DNA of 64,000 nucleotides from Nitrosopumilus sp. (GTDB lineage Archaea; Thermoproteota; Nitrososphaeria; Nitrososphaerales; Nitrosopumilaceae). Location of the stretch: assembly GCA_965207075.1 (NCBI GenBank), contig CBDBLO010000002.1, positions 1,312,001 through 1,376,000 on the forward strand, given 5' to 3'. A model generated the notes under the pieces. That model saw nothing but the letters and a program-made list of their open reading frames with translations. It was not told the origin of the DNA and made no database searches. Positions 18,026 through 27,742 of this stretch are shown piece by piece. The stretch's first letter is position 1; every line of letters starts with the position of its first letter. The position numbers and the translations under genes were made by a program.

Positions 18026-18221
18026 TGAATCGCGCGTGCAATGTCGTAATAAAAACCAAAATACCGGAGCGTCTGGGCCGCACGACCGGACAACGCAACC
18101 CCGGCGCCGGGCATCCCAGAATATGGCAGGGTGCCGCACGCGTGGGGGGGGGGGGACGGAGATGGGATGGGAAAGGACGCGCCGACGTCACGTATATAGC
18201 GCCGCCTTCCACGGGCGGTGT

Positions 18222-19229
18222 TTGAACAGCATCGACGCGTACAGGAAGGAGATCCGGATGCAGGTGCCGTACGTGCAGGAGTATGATCCGTCGCCAATAC
18301 GGCCCATCCCAGACGGCTCCCTGGATGGCGCAATATTTGCCGGCTGCGGCGACTCGCTTGCGGCCGCGATGCTCGCCGAGTACTTTTCGGGCTGGCGCTC
18401 AAAGGCGGCGGATCCAAGCGAGCTGGCGGAGGGCCCCGCGCCTGCATCCCTGCCCCCCGGGAGAAGGGTTCCGTACCTGATATCTGTATCCGGCGAGACT
18501 GCCGCCAACGTCAGGGCGGCCGGCGCGTGCCGTAATGCCGTAGCGGTAACCGCAAACCCGGACAGCAGGCTTGCCGACCTTGCGTCCGGCCACACCGTCC
18601 GGCTTGACTTTCCGCGCACCGGCGTGTCCACTGCCGGAAGCATCTCCTTTACGTCAAGCGTCCTTGCATGCCTCTCCCTCGTGAACCCCGGTGCGCTCCC
18701 GCCGCTTGCGGAGCACGCGCGCTCCATGTTTGAGCGTGCGGAGCGCGACGCCACCCGGATCAGGATCCGCGGCTCCCTCTACATACTGGGCGGCGTGGCA
18801 ACGTATCCGCTTGCGATGTATGCGGCGGCAAAGTTCTACGAGGTCCTCGGATACGACGCCAGGCATGTGCGCACCGAGCAGTTCCACCACATGGAGGTCT
18901 TCTCCGCGCGCGAGGGTGATACCGTCATGCTGTTCGAGGAGCCGCGGGGGCGCACATCGGATCTGGTCGGCCCGCTTAGGGAGGCGGGGCTGCACGCGTT
19001 CTGCGTCTCCCCCTCGGGTTCGGCGGCTGCCTCGGGTGACGCCGATGTCTCGGATGGCAACGGTGCCGGTGACGGCCGCGGCCCCCGTGCGTGGGCCCCG
19101 CGCGTACTGTACTATGCGTTTTTGTCACAACTGCTGACGCTCAGGATTGCAGACGAGTCGGGCATTTCAGAATGCCACTATGTGTCTGCCGCGCGGCTGC
19201 GGGGCGCAAGCAACGCGGCGATATACTGA
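18222..19229 (+). CDS. SIS-domain sugar isomerase (GlmS/AgaS-like)
   Basis: FAGCGDSL, ISVSGET, VTANPDSRLA, AAKFYE, EQFHH; TTG start inferred. Confidence 0.82.
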   Translation: MNSIDAYRKEIRMQVPYVQEYDPSPIRPIPDGSLDGAIFAGCGDSLAAAMLAEYFSGWRSKAADPSELAEGPAPASLPPGRRVPYLISVSGETAANVRAAGACRNAVAVTANPDSRLADLASGHTVRLDFPRTGVSTAGSISFTSSVLACLSLVNPGALPPLAEHARSMFERAERDATRIRIRGSLYILGGVATYPLAMYAAAKFYEVLGYDARHVRTEQFHHMEVFSAREGDTVMLFEEPRGRTSDLVGPLREAGLHAFCVSPSGSAAASGDADVSDGNGAGDGRGPRAWAPRVLYYAFLSQLLTLRIADESGISECHYVSAARLRGASNAAIY

Positions 19230-19305
19230 CGGCGCCGCGCCCGGGCCCGCTTCCGCGCGCGTCTTCCAAGCCAAGATTTAATAGATGATCTCAGAGCGTC
19301 CGGCT

Positions 19306-21498
19306 ATGGTAAAGTTCAAGTCGACCGGCGAGGTCCTCAAGATAATCAAGAACAAGGATCAGATCCGCAACTTTGGCGTCATCGCCCACGTCGACCACGG
19401 CAAGACGACGATGAGCGACAGCCTCCTTGCATATTCCGGCATCATAGCCCCGTCGGCTGCAGGAAAGGCGCTCGCCATGGACTTTGACAAGGAGGAGCAG
19501 CAGAGGGGCATCACCATATACCAGGCAAACGTCACGCTGCACTTTTCGCAGGCCGGCAAGGAGTACGTGATAAACATGATAGACACCCCGGGGCACGTGG
19601 ATTTCAGCGGCAGGGTGATCAGGAGCCTGCGCGCCATCGACGGCGCGGTGGTGGTGTGCGACGCGGTAGAGGGCATAATGACTCAGACTGAGACCGTCAC
19701 GCGCATGGCCCTCGAGGAGCGGGTGCGCCCTGTGCTGTTCATAAACAAGGTGGACCGCCTGATAAAGGAGCTCCGGCTCACCCCCGAGAAGATGCAGCAG
19801 CAGCTCGCGGACGTGGTGTCCAACTTTAACCGGCTCATAGACACGTACGCGGAGCCCGAGTACAGGGAGAAGTGGAAGGTCTCCATACAGGACGCAAGCG
19901 TAACGTTCGGCTCCGCAAAGGACAGGTGGGCCATCAACATAGACATGATGAAGGAGCGCGGAATCACATTCAAGGACGTCATCGACGCCTACGAGGGCGA
20001 GAAGGTGCCGGAACTGGTGGAGAAGGCACCCCTCGCCGACGCCGTCCTCGGGATGGTGGTAAAGCACCACCCCCCGCCACACGAGGCAGTAAAGTATAGG
20101 ATACCACAGATATGGAAGGGCGACCTCGACTCGGACGTCGGCAAGGCGCTGCTGGCGTGCAGCGACGACGGGCCCACCATAATGATGGTCGTAAACATGG
20201 TGCTCGATCCGGCCGCCGGACCCGTCGCCATAGGCAGGCTGTTCTCCGGTACGGTCAGGGACGGCCAGACAATCCACATAATAGACGAAAAGCGCGAGGG
20301 GCGCATCCAGTCCGTCAACTTCTTCATGGGGAACCAGCGTGAGCAGGTCGGCGAGCTGGGAGCAGGGAACATACCCGCGCTGCTCGGACTCACGGAGGCC
20401 AGGGCCGGGAACACCGTGTCCGCGGTCAAGGAGATGCCCGTGTTTGAGGGGGTAAAGTACGTCTCCGAGCCCGTCGTGCAGGTGGCCATAGAGCCAAAAC
20501 ACCCCAAGGACCTGCCAAAGCTGGTCGACGTACTAAAACAGCTTACCATAGAGGATCCGAACCTCGTGGTGAAGATAGACGAGGAGAGCGGCGAGACCAT
20601 AGTCGCGGGGATGGGGGTGCTGCACCTCGACGTCGCGACGCACCGCATACAGGACGCAAAGCTCGAGATCGTCACGTCCGAGCCGCTGATAAACTACCGC
20701 GAGACCGTGCACTCCTCCTGCGAGGCCGTCATGGCAAAGTCCCCCAACCGGCACAACAAGATCTTCATGAGGGTCGAGCCGCTGGAGCCCGAGATTGCCG
20801 AGATGCTCCGCACGGGCGAGATCAGTGACATGAAGGACAAGAAGACGGTATCTGACCTGCTAAAGGGGGCCGGCTGGGACACGGACACCATAAAGAGGGT
20901 TATGAGGCTCGACTCGCGCGGAAACGTGCTGATAAACGGCACCAAGGGAGTGCAGTTCGTCCAGGAGTCGACTGACTCCATAAACTCCGGGTTTGACGAG
21001 GTGATGAAGGAGGGACCGCTGTGCAGGGAGCAGATGCGCGACTGCAAGTTCACGTTTACGCACTTTGTGCCGCACGAGGATACGGCGCACCGCGGGCTCT
21101 CGCAGCTGGGGCCCGCGTCGAGGCGCGCGTGCATGGGGGCCCTGCTGACTGCTGGCACCGCCATACTGGAGCCGATGCTTGCAATAGAGGTGCGCGTCCC
21201 GACCGATTTGGTCGGTAACGTCGCGACCGTCCTGTCCGGCAAGCGCGGCAAGGTACTTGACATGTCGCAGATGGGCGCGTCAAGCATAGTGACCGGTGAG
21301 ATACCCGCCTCCGAGACGTTCACTTTATCCGAGGAGATGAGGGGACAGACTGCCGGCAGGGCCACGTGGAATACGTCGTTCAAGGAGTGGAGCGAGGTGC
21401 CAAAGTCCATGCTCACAAGCACCATATCGGAGATTAGAAAGCGCAAGGGACTCTCGCCGGAACCACCCAGGGCCGACGAGTTCATCGACAAGGAATAG
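19306..21498 (+). CDS. fusA: Translation elongation factor EF-2
   Basis: AHVDHGKTT, RGITI, DTPGHVDF, NKVD, diphthamide loop HEDTAHRG. Confidence 0.98.
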   Translation: MVKFKSTGEVLKIIKNKDQIRNFGVIAHVDHGKTTMSDSLLAYSGIIAPSAAGKALAMDFDKEEQQRGITIYQANVTLHFSQAGKEYVINMIDTPGHVDFSGRVIRSLRAIDGAVVVCDAVEGIMTQTETVTRMALEERVRPVLFINKVDRLIKELRLTPEKMQQQLADVVSNFNRLIDTYAEPEYREKWKVSIQDASVTFGSAKDRWAINIDMMKERGITFKDVIDAYEGEKVPELVEKAPLADAVLGMVVKHHPPPHEAVKYRIPQIWKGDLDSDVGKALLACSDDGPTIMMVVNMVLDPAAGPVAIGRLFSGTVRDGQTIHIIDEKREGRIQSVNFFMGNQREQVGELGAGNIPALLGLTEARAGNTVSAVKEMPVFEGVKYVSEPVVQVAIEPKHPKDLPKLVDVLKQLTIEDPNLVVKIDEESGETIVAGMGVLHLDVATHRIQDAKLEIVTSEPLINYRETVHSSCEAVMAKSPNRHNKIFMRVEPLEPEIAEMLRTGEISDMKDKKTVSDLLKGAGWDTDTIKRVMRLDSRGNVLINGTKGVQFVQESTDSINSGFDEVMKEGPLCREQMRDCKFTFTHFVPHEDTAHRGLSQLGPASRRACMGALLTAGTAILEPMLAIEVRVPTDLVGNVATVLSGKRGKVLDMSQMGASSIVTGEIPASETFTLSEEMRGQTAGRATWNTSFKEWSEVPKSMLTSTISEIRKRKGLSPEPPRADEFIDKE

Positions 21499-21657
21499 CC
21501 GCCTCTGTCGTTGCTGTACCCGGGGTACGCTCGAAGTCCGAGCACCTCTGTCTTATTCGGATACGGGCAGGCCTTGCGCACGTGGGGCCCGGAGGATGTG
21601 AAAGGGCGGAGTGACCCACCCCCAGGCTCCTCCACGTCGCAGTCTGTAATAATACTT

Positions 21658-21685
21658 ATATTATGTCATATGTATTACATAATAT
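21658..21685. promoter_or_regulatory. AT-rich promoter with a perfect 9-bp inverted repeat (candidate operator)
   Basis: ATATTATGT-N10-ACATAATAT upstream of the 21694 ORF and cdc48. Confidence 0.55.
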
Positions 21686-21693
21686 TGAGAAAT

Positions 21694-21846
21694 ATGACAA
21701 CGTTCCTAGACTATGGGTCTGAGGGAATCATCAGGCGCGCGCCCGACGGAATATTTGCATGGCCCTCCTGCAGGGACGGCATCCCCGGGACGGCGCCCGG
21801 GACGGCGGAGGCTGGGCCTCCTCAAACCATTGGGGGGATACCATGA
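21694..21846 (+). pseudogene. Short ORF overlapping the cdc48 start; possible hsp20 remnant
   Basis: 50 aa ([15 protein letters not shown]...), ATGA overlap with cdc48; no alpha-crystallin domain; identity inferred from recalled hsp20-cdc48 gene order. Confidence 0.35.
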
Positions 21847-23984
21847 GCGAGATTGTCCTGAAGATCGACGAAATCCCGCAGCAGTATGTCGGCGGGGGCA
21901 AAGCAATCGTCGATCCCAAGGTGCTCGAGGGCGCAAACTGGGGTACCGGGCAGATCTTGGAACTGTCCTATAACAAGAAGACCCACGTGAGGCTGTGGCC
22001 GGGGCTCCCTGAAGAGTACGGGGCCGGGCTGATCAGAATCGACGGGGTTACCCGGCAGAACATCGGGGCCGGAATAGGGGACAGGATCTCGATAAAGTCC
22101 GTAGAGGCCGCGGACGCCGAGCAGATCGTCCTGTCGCCGACCGAGAAGGTCCGCGCGGAGGGGCTGGAGGACTACATGACATACAACTATCTCAACCACG
22201 TCTTTACGACCGGCGACACGATCACCCTCGGCACGCAGCTGGGCGGGAGGGTCCAGTTCGTCGTCACGAGCACAAAACCTGCAAAACCCGTGATCGTCAC
22301 GGAGGACACCTCCTTCCGGCTGGGTTCCATGACCAAGGCGGTGGACGCCACGGTCTCCAGAATTACCTACGACGAACTGGGCGGGCTCAAGGGCGAGGTC
22401 CAGAAGATCCGCGAGATGGTCGAGCTGCCGATGAGGCATCCCGAGCTGTTTGAGAAGATAGGCGTAGAGGCCCCGAAGGGCGTTCTCCTGTACGGCCCGC
22501 CCGGGACCGGCAAGACGCTGCTGGCAAAGGCGGTGGCAGGGGAGACCAACGCCCACTTCATCTCGCTGAGCGGGCCCGAAATCATGGGCAAGTACTACGG
22601 GGAGAGCGAGGAGAGGATCCGGGAGATCTTCAAGCAGGCAGAAGAGAACTCGCCGAGCATAGTATTCATTGACGAGATCGACTCCATTGCGCCAAAGCGC
22701 GACGAGGTGTCCGGGGAGGTGGAAAAAAGGATCGTCTCCCAGCTCCTGACCCTGATGGACGGGATGGAGAGCAGGGGCAAGGTGGTGGTCATTGCAGCCA
22801 CGAACAGGCCCGACTCGATTGATCCGGCTTTGAGGAGGCCCGGGCGGCTCGACAGGGAGATCGAGATCGGAATTCCCGACGACGACGGACGGCTTGAGAT
22901 CCTCTCAATACATACGCGCGGAATGCCGATAGACGAGAAGGTGGACTTGAAGAGGATCTCAAAGATCACGCACGGCTTTGTCGGGGCGGACCTCGAGGTC
23001 CTCTCAAAGGAGGCCGCAATGAGGTCCCTGCGGAGAGTCCTGCCCGAGATTGACCTTGACCAGGAAAAGATCCCCCCGACACTGCTGCAGAAGATCCAGA
23101 TCACCGAGGAGGACTTTGGGAGCGCGCTAAAGGAGGTGAGGCCGAGCGCGCTGCGCGAGGTCCAGGTCCAAGTCCCTGACGTGGAGTGGGACGACGTGGG
23201 GGGCCTCGGGGATCTCAAGGAGGAGCTGCGCCAGGCCGTGGAATGGCCGGTCAAGCACAGGGAGGCCTACGACTACGCGGGCGTCGAGGCGCCAAAGGGG
23301 ATCCTCCTGCACGGCCCCCCGGGGACCGGCAAGACCCTGATTGCCAAGGCGCTGGCAAAGATGACTGACTCTAACTTTATCAGCATCAAGGGGCCGGAAC
23401 TGCTCTCAAAATGGGTCGGTGAGTCTGAAAAGGGCGTAAGGGAGATATTCAGAAAGGCCCGGCAGGCAGCCCCGTGCATAGTATTCCTTGATGAGGTGGA
23501 CGCGCTGGTCCCGCGGCGGGGCAGTTCTGGCTCCGACTCGCATGTAACCGAAAGCGTGGTGTCCCAGATCCTGACTGAGATTGACGGGCTTGAAGAGCTG
23601 CACGACGTGCTGATAATCGGCGCCACGAACAGACTGGACATCGTAGACGAGGCCCTGCTGAGGCCCGGAAGGTTTGATCGCGTCATCGAGGTGCCGCATC
23701 CAGATCCCAGGGGTAGGGAGCAGATCCTCAAGATCCACACAAAAAAGAAACCGCTTGCAGGCGACGTCAGCATGCCGGAGCTGGTGGAACTGACGGACGG
23801 CTTTAGCGGCGCAGAGATCGCAGCAGTGGCCAACGCCGCGGCAACTGCCGCATTGAAGAGGTACGTCAGCGGCAAGCATGGGGGCCTCGAGGAGATCAAG
23901 ATCACCCAGAAGGACTTGGTCGAGGCGGCAGGCAGGATCAGGCCTGACAAAAGAAGTGTGCTCGCGGCACGGCCTGCAAAATAA
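21843..23984 (+). CDS. cdc48: CDC48/VCP-family AAA+ ATPase
   Basis: N-domain plus two AAA modules (GPPGTGKT twice, FIDEID, FLDEVD, RPGR); start MSEIVLKI. Confidence 0.97.
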   Translation: MSEIVLKIDEIPQQYVGGGKAIVDPKVLEGANWGTGQILELSYNKKTHVRLWPGLPEEYGAGLIRIDGVTRQNIGAGIGDRISIKSVEAADAEQIVLSPTEKVRAEGLEDYMTYNYLNHVFTTGDTITLGTQLGGRVQFVVTSTKPAKPVIVTEDTSFRLGSMTKAVDATVSRITYDELGGLKGEVQKIREMVELPMRHPELFEKIGVEAPKGVLLYGPPGTGKTLLAKAVAGETNAHFISLSGPEIMGKYYGESEERIREIFKQAEENSPSIVFIDEIDSIAPKRDEVSGEVEKRIVSQLLTLMDGMESRGKVVVIAATNRPDSIDPALRRPGRLDREIEIGIPDDDGRLEILSIHTRGMPIDEKVDLKRISKITHGFVGADLEVLSKEAAMRSLRRVLPEIDLDQEKIPPTLLQKIQITEEDFGSALKEVRPSALREVQVQVPDVEWDDVGGLGDLKEELRQAVEWPVKHREAYDYAGVEAPKGILLHGPPGTGKTLIAKALAKMTDSNFISIKGPELLSKWVGESEKGVREIFRKARQAAPCIVFLDEVDALVPRRGSSGSDSHVTESVVSQILTEIDGLEELHDVLIIGATNRLDIVDEALLRPGRFDRVIEVPHPDPRGREQILKIHTKKKPLAGDVSMPELVELTDGFSGAEIAAVANAAATAALKRYVSGKHGGLEEIKITQKDLVEAAGRIRPDKRSVLAARPAK

Positions 23985-24132
23985 CCCCGTCATAATGCCC
24001 TCTTGCGCATCTGCTCGCGCAGGTACCCTTGAGACGTGTTGCATCTGGGGCCAAAAATTAGTCGGCCAACCCTGCTTTGGCCCTGCTGCCGGCCCCGCCT
24101 AGTTTTTTATTCGGGGGCACGTTGCGGCCCCC

Positions 24133-24372
24133 ATGGGACTGCTGTACACAAAGCTGTACATTGACTTTGACCCCGGGCAGTGGGAGCAGGTTGCAAGCGA
24201 TCCGGTGTCGTTTAGGACCCGCGCAGAAGGGGTCACGCTTGACGTGGAGGACACGTCCCACAAGCCCTACCGGCTTGTGTTCAAGGAGGGCGGCAGGGTC
24301 TCGATAATGCGCGTCACAGGCAAGTACCGCATCTTGTGGGATGACGGCGACGCGTCTGTGCAGCGTCAGTAG
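24133..24372 (+). CDS. Small hypothetical protein
   Basis: 79-aa ATG ORF with beta-rich sequence, T-rich TATA-like element about 25 nt upstream. Confidence 0.65.
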   Translation: MGLLYTKLYIDFDPGQWEQVASDPVSFRTRAEGVTLDVEDTSHKPYRLVFKEGGRVSIMRVTGKYRILWDDGDASVQRQ

Positions 24373-24464
24373 CAACAGTAGCGGCGGCCGCAGCGGGGGC
24401 TGCCGCGACTGCCGCATGCGGGTCCTGCCTGCGGGGGAAAAACCTTGCTGTTTCTGGCCCTGAC

Positions 24465-25801
24465 TGAAGAGTCGGGGAATCATGTCACCCCGACGCATAA
24501 GAGAGCCGACATGGAGGGAGGCGTAATGACACCTCAAACCAAGTATGACGAACATGTCCTCATACAGGAACAAAGGGAGGAGACCGAGCGCATACTCAAG
24601 ACCGCCAGCGAGAAGGGCAGGAAGCCCATACGCAAGCTGGACACGCTTGACGCAAGGTTCATCGTCCGCGAAAAGAGGAGGGGGACAAGCAACAAGACGA
24701 TTGCAGGCATCCTGAAGGTCTGCATAAGGCAGGTGCAGCGCATCTGGAGCCGGTTCAGGCGCCTCGACACGGGGCGGATACTGTACCTTCCAAGGCGCCC
24801 CGGCAGGCACCGGAAGGGCGAGCCGGGGCGCAGGGAGCACTCCGCGGTTTTGGCCGCGTTCGGCCGGGTCGTAAACGGCGCGTCTGCCACATACTGGCAC
24901 ATCAGGAACGCGGGGGACCACGTCCCAAAGGACGCCGTGCACCGGGTGCTGCTTGAGAACGGGCTGGCGCGCGAGGAGCACGCCAAGAAGAGGCAGCGCA
25001 GGTACGTGAGGTACGAGCGGAGGCACAGCAACACGCTCTGGCACACGGACTATACGCAGCTGGAGGACGGGAGGTGGCTGATCGTATACGTGGACGACTC
25101 GTCCCGGTACATCGTCGGACACGGCGTGTTTGACCGCGCCACGTCCGAGAACGCCACCGCGGTCTTCAAGCAGGCCTGCCTGGCGCACGGGACGCCGTAC
25201 TCGGTCCTGACCGACCACGGATCCCAGTTCTACGCCATGGAGTCCGAGGCAAAGCGCGAAAGGGGGCGCACGCACTTTGAGGAGCACCTCGGGGACGCCG
25301 GCGTAAAGCAGATCCTGGCGCGCGTGGGGCATCCCCAGACCAATGGCAAGGCGGAGCGCGTGTTCAAGGAGTACAAGTACAAGGTGGGGCACTTTGCCGA
25401 CGTTGCGGGACCGCCGGGCACGGCGGCCCCGTTTGGCGCCCCCGCCGCAATGGAGAGCGACCCGACTGCCAGGTTCGTCAGGAACCACAACAACAAGCCG
25501 CACGGCAGCCTGTACGGGCAGACGCCCGCGGACGCATACCGCGAGCGGAGGCTCCCAGAGGGCCGGTCATACAAGGATGACGACGGGTAAGACACCTCAG
25601 TCAACCCCGCCGTAGGACCCTCCAGCGTATGCTGCGCACGATCATGTAAAAGCGTACCTTTCGCGGCAGTTCGCGCACGTCGGGCACGCTGCCGGCCGCT
25701 TGGGCTGGCCCAGCGGAACCGGGAATTCAAAATTCATATGGAGTCCAGGCATGCGTGGAGCAATGTCACGACACACCGTGACATCATTTTCCGACTCTAC
25801 A
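24465..25801 (+). mobile_element. IS481-family insertion sequence, copy 2 (1337 bp)
   Basis: Same TIRs as copy 1; 15-bp TSD GTTTCTGGCCCTGAC at 24450-24464 and 25802-25816. Confidence 0.93.
24511..25590 (+). CDS. IS481-family transposase
   Basis: DDE triad in WHTDY / LTDHG / GKAER; three amino-acid differences seen versus copy 1. Confidence 0.92.
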   Translation: MEGGVMTPQTKYDEHVLIQEQREETERILKTASEKGRKPIRKLDTLDARFIVREKRRGTSNKTIAGILKVCIRQVQRIWSRFRRLDTGRILYLPRRPGRHRKGEPGRREHSAVLAAFGRVVNGASATYWHIRNAGDHVPKDAVHRVLLENGLAREEHAKKRQRRYVRYERRHSNTLWHTDYTQLEDGRWLIVYVDDSSRYIVGHGVFDRATSENATAVFKQACLAHGTPYSVLTDHGSQFYAMESEAKRERGRTHFEEHLGDAGVKQILARVGHPQTNGKAERVFKEYKYKVGHFADVAGPPGTAAPFGAPAAMESDPTARFVRNHNNKPHGSLYGQTPADAYRERRLPEGRSYKDDDG

Positions 25802-25972
25802 GTTTCTGGCCCTGACGTCACGGCAAGCAGTACAACCGCGCAAAAACGGCGTGCGCCATGTCGGGTGCCGCCCTCCCGGCAGCCCGCCCGGCTCTCCCCC
25901 GCGCCTTGCGCGCCTTTTCACTGGAAGTCCACGGCGCCAGAAAATAAAAGGGGGCCGCTAGGCGTCCGTGTC

Positions 25973-26209
25973 GTGAGTCTTGAGGATAGCGCCCGCAGTC
26001 TGGCCGCGGACTTTGATAACGCGCCTGTCCAGGACGTTCTCTCGGTACTTGAAGGGGTGATCCCGCTGCTTCGGAGCGAATCTGTTGCCTCTTATCTGCA
26101 GAAAAAACTGGACGGGCTGAAGGGTGAGACTGACGAGTCGGCGCGCCGCGCAAAGTGCGCCGCGCTCAGGCCCTACGTGGACTGGTACCTGCAGGGATTG
26201 CAGAAATAA
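25973..26209 (+). CDS. Small hypothetical protein
   Basis: GTG start about 25 nt after AAAATAAAA; helical 78-aa sequence ending LRPYVDWYLQGLQK. Confidence 0.6.
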   Translation: MSLEDSARSLAADFDNAPVQDVLSVLEGVIPLLRSESVASYLQKKLDGLKGETDESARRAKCAALRPYVDWYLQGLQK

Positions 26210-26474
26210 CGCATTTCACATAGTGGGCGGCAAAACCGCTTTTCCTGCATGCTTGTGTCCACAACCGTCGCGCAGCCAGATGCTGCCCGCGCCCTGCCCC
26301 GAATGATCTTCGCACCGCTCGGGGCCGTGCGGGCGCTAGTCCTATCCTACGGGACCGGAGGACATCTGCAATGGTGGTGGCGGCGCGGGCGCTGTTTTTT
26401 CATTTTCTGTCGGGCAGAGTCCGGACGCTCGTGGATCCTGCAGTCTGCGCCTACTGCATGACCGTCATGTCAGC

Positions 26475-26963
26475 TTACTCTTCCATTCCTGTCGCCTGTC
26501 GGCCTCCGCCTTCAAACACCCCTATGCTCTGGAGCGCCCGCTCGATCTCGTCCTTGTCCCCCACTGCGGCCTCCATGTCTCCTATCAGCTTTACAAAGTA
26601 CTCGTATCCCGTATCTTGGGCTTTGGCTATGTCGGATCTGTAGCACGCAAGCGCCTTTTTCATGAACGGCACGTCGTCGGCAAGGCCGCCAAGACCTCCT
26701 TTGCCGCTGCCGCCGCTCTCTGCGCCACTCCCACCACCGCCAAGACACTCGAGTACCCTGCGCGATACAGCGTCGATCTCAGGTATCGTCTTGGCCGCTT
26801 GCTGCTGCAGGACCGACGAGAACATGCCGGCCGCGCCCTTTAGCTCCGGGCTTTCTGACAGCGTGCTTAGCCTCCTCTTGTAATGGTTCAGTGACTTTAG
26901 TGTGATCTTGTATCCTCCCTCTTCTTTTAGGTATATGCCGCCCAGCCAGATCCTGTCCACCAT
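26475..26963 (-). CDS. Hypothetical protein
   Basis: MVDRIWLGGIYLKEEGGY...; TATTAA upstream; the upstream part of the 448-aa ORF is low-complexity. Confidence 0.7.
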   Translation of the reverse strand: MVDRIWLGGIYLKEEGGYKITLKSLNHYKRRLSTLSESPELKGAAGMFSSVLQQQAAKTIPEIDAVSRRVLECLGGGGSGAESGGSGKGGLGGLADDVPFMKKALACYRSDIAKAQDTGYEYFVKLIGDMEAAVGDKDEIERALQSIGVFEGGGRQATGMEE

Positions 26964-27169
26964 GCGCCCAGTCTGCTGTGGCGTCGTTAATAGGTTGTTG
27001 CGGCAGGTGCGCATGCGCCAACCATTAAGGACTTGTGCCTGCCGCCCCGCACCCCCGTTCTCGCGGGCAGGGGGCCTGAGCCTGCACGTAATTACTCGCG
27101 GCATGCCGCCGTTGCCCCTCCGCGTCGCTGCAGCCGCCCATGCATCCCCGCCCCGCCCGGTGCATTCGC

Positions 27170-27742
27170 CTAGTTCCGCAGACCTATCTCGCGCGACATG
27201 CGCCGCACCTTGTAGGCCGTCAGCCCGTTTAATCCAAAAACCACCGCCAGTCCTGCATATGCCAGGATCTGGCTGTTCTCTATGAGCACGCCCGAGACCC
27301 CCGCCCCCAGCACGCTTGGCAGCAGAGACAGGACGTAGAGCCACCACCCGCAGCACCCAAGCGGCACCAACGCAAAGAACGAAAAGAACGAGGCCGCCGC
27401 AGACGATGCTGCCACTCCCCCCGTTCCCCTGCCTTGATCCCCGGCGCCTGCCTCCCCTCCGCCTCTCCCGGAGCCTGGCGCGACCCTGCATCCTGCGAGC
27501 CTCCTCCTCTTCTCTGCAAGGTGCGCCTGGAGCCCGGTCCCTGCGCCTATCCCGACTATTATGGCCGGGTTTGTCACCAGGGTCACGTACAGGGCGGACT
27601 CTGCGGGAAGCGACGGGGTTGTTGCAACCACCACGGCCGCGTACGCCAGGATGGCCAGCCCCCCGAACAGGACAGGCCTTACAGGAATGGAAGATACGAT
27701 TATGGCTCGTACACCTCCGTATCCGGATGGAATGCGATCCAC
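27170..27742 (-). CDS. Four-TM membrane protein with an intramembrane CC pair
   Basis: Hydrophobic helices, LVPLGCCGWW; overlaps the 3' end of the DUF3179 gene; start uncertain. Confidence 0.65.
   Translation of the reverse strand: MDRIPSGYGGVRAIIVSSIPVRPVLFGGLAILAYAAVVVATTPSLPAESALYVTLVTNPAIIVGIGAGTGLQAHLAEKRRRLAGCRVAPGSGRGGGEAGAGDQGRGTGGVAASSAAASFFSFFALVPLGCCGWWLYVLSLLPSVLGAGVSGVLIENSQILAYAGLAVVFGLNGLTAYKVRRMSREIGLRN

Noticed and set aside
2665-25801. Composite transposon or inversion bounded by the two IS481 copies
   Set aside because: Each copy has its own matched 15-bp TSD, so they are independent insertions with no exchange of flanks.
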